From assembly GCF_009914755.1 (NCBI RefSeq), contig NC_060927.1: DNA of 64,000 bases; one strand, 5' to 3'. Below the pieces are notes generated by a model. The model was not told the origin of the DNA. It saw only the letters and a program-made list of their open reading frames with translations, and ran no database searches. The stretch comes from the human T2T-CHM13v2.0 reference genome, Homo sapiens. Positions 62,675 to 64,000 of this stretch are shown in pieces. Numbering within the stretch: position 1 is the first letter of the stretch; each line of letters opens with the position of its first letter. A program made the position numbers and the translations under genes.

Positions 62675-64000
62675 TCATGATATACACTCCAATAAAGGCA
62701 CAGTAGAACTCCATTGTTGTATATAAAACTGGCTTCGTGGCCTCATGATTCTGAGTTCCAACTTAAAGTACAGGGAGCACATCTTTTCCGCTGAATTGGG
62801 ATTGGGGATCTTTGCTTTCCTCAACTTCCTGGGAAAGAAACCTGGAGACTCCTCTACCCTACATCCCCGGCGGTGACCCTGAAGTCTGGGCTGGAGTTCT
62901 ACTTAGGAGGGGAATGGAGACGCCAGAGGGAGAGTGAGAAGCAGCAGAAGTGGAAAGGGTAGCAGAGAGCACACACTGAAGTATGCATCCTGTGTCTTCC
63001 TTTTGCAATCCTAAAACTCTAGGATGGTCTGGTTATTTCTGCCTATGTTTCCTGTGCCTTCCCCACCATCGGCTGGTTAGAGGCATCTTGTCTAGAATTA
63101 AGTCCACGGTAAGTCGCTCCCTCCTTGTTTCCCTTACCTTTCCCATCATGAAATTGTTAGCAAGGCAAGTCAAAAATGCACTCGATAGGGCAGATGCCTG
63201 GATAAATACCCCCCTTCTCTTCCCTATTCCATCTTCTTCCTGTGCCAGTTTAAAAAATCTTAAATAGGAAAGCATGAGCCAGAGCCTCGCTCTGCCTGAG
63301 AAGACTGCGGTAGACCCTGCCAGCAAAATCCTTTCTATTTCATCCTTTTGAAAATCTCATCCATATGCTCTCTACTTTGCTTCCACTCTGACGTTTGTGA
63401 CTTCTTATTCTTGTGTATACATCCCTGCCACCCATTTCAGAGACTGCAATTTATGTGAACTTGTCATCCTCACCTGGCCTGGTGGTGCAGCTGTGTGTCC
63501 TGCCCCACCATGTCTCTGACTGCAATCTCTAAGGTCGTGCTCCTCTCCCCTAAGGAATACGAATCATTCAGTTTGCCCCTCTCACTGTGTGGTTGGCAAA
63601 CTTGTCCCAGCTGTAGGTGTGGCCCCAGTGGTCCTCCCAGCCAGTTCCTTGGGAGAGCTGCTTGGCACCACCTTAGCCACGCCTCTTATTTGTAGCTTGC
63701 ACCTGCTGCCCTTCTGTGGGCTGTGATTTTAGAGTTTAATTTGAACACTCTACTTTATCCTACTTAAATCTCATTTTAAAGCTCTTCTGTTTGGTCCTCA
63801 AGTATCTGGCCAAAAATATTCCGCTTGGTTTATGTGATAAGCTCCCAATTCCTTGCCAGGGTCCTCTTATTCCAGCATCAAAATCCATGGTCCAGAAGAA
63901 CAGTCGTTCTCAGATCAGCTACAGAGCAGCTCTGTGTTCCCCATATGTGCCTGTTTCTTCTAAAATTATGACTCACGGCTGAGGAAGAGACTAAAGCATT

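Overview
Primate genomic DNA, most likely human, and almost entirely intronic. The only coding sequence I can support is four minus-strand exons (51406-51496, 27815-27992, 4543-4663, 1247-1307). They have canonical GT-AG boundaries and splice in frame into the C-terminal accessory (DAGKa) part of a type I diacylglycerol kinase, recognised from the peptide as DGKG. Upstream exons and the last exon lie outside the window. The introns hold about 26 Alus, many MIR/L2/L3/L1M relics, two MaLR solo LTRs, hAT and Tigger MITEs, microsatellites and one intronic CpG island (~33.1-34.1 kb). The most interesting hypothesis is in that island: a TATA box, a Kozak ATG and a phase-0 donor, all in DGKG sense orientation, which would splice in frame onto the 27.8 kb exon and give an internal, presumably kinase-dead DGKG isoform. 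This is inferred from sequence alone. Other oddities are repair or rearrangement scars: a perfect hairpin replacing an Alu tail, a microhomology-flanked L1 ORF2 snippet, a trimeric Alu and an old 180-bp local duplication. No RNA genes, CRISPR arrays or prokaryotic systems are visible. Repeat family names come from recalled consensus sequences, and their boundaries are approximate.
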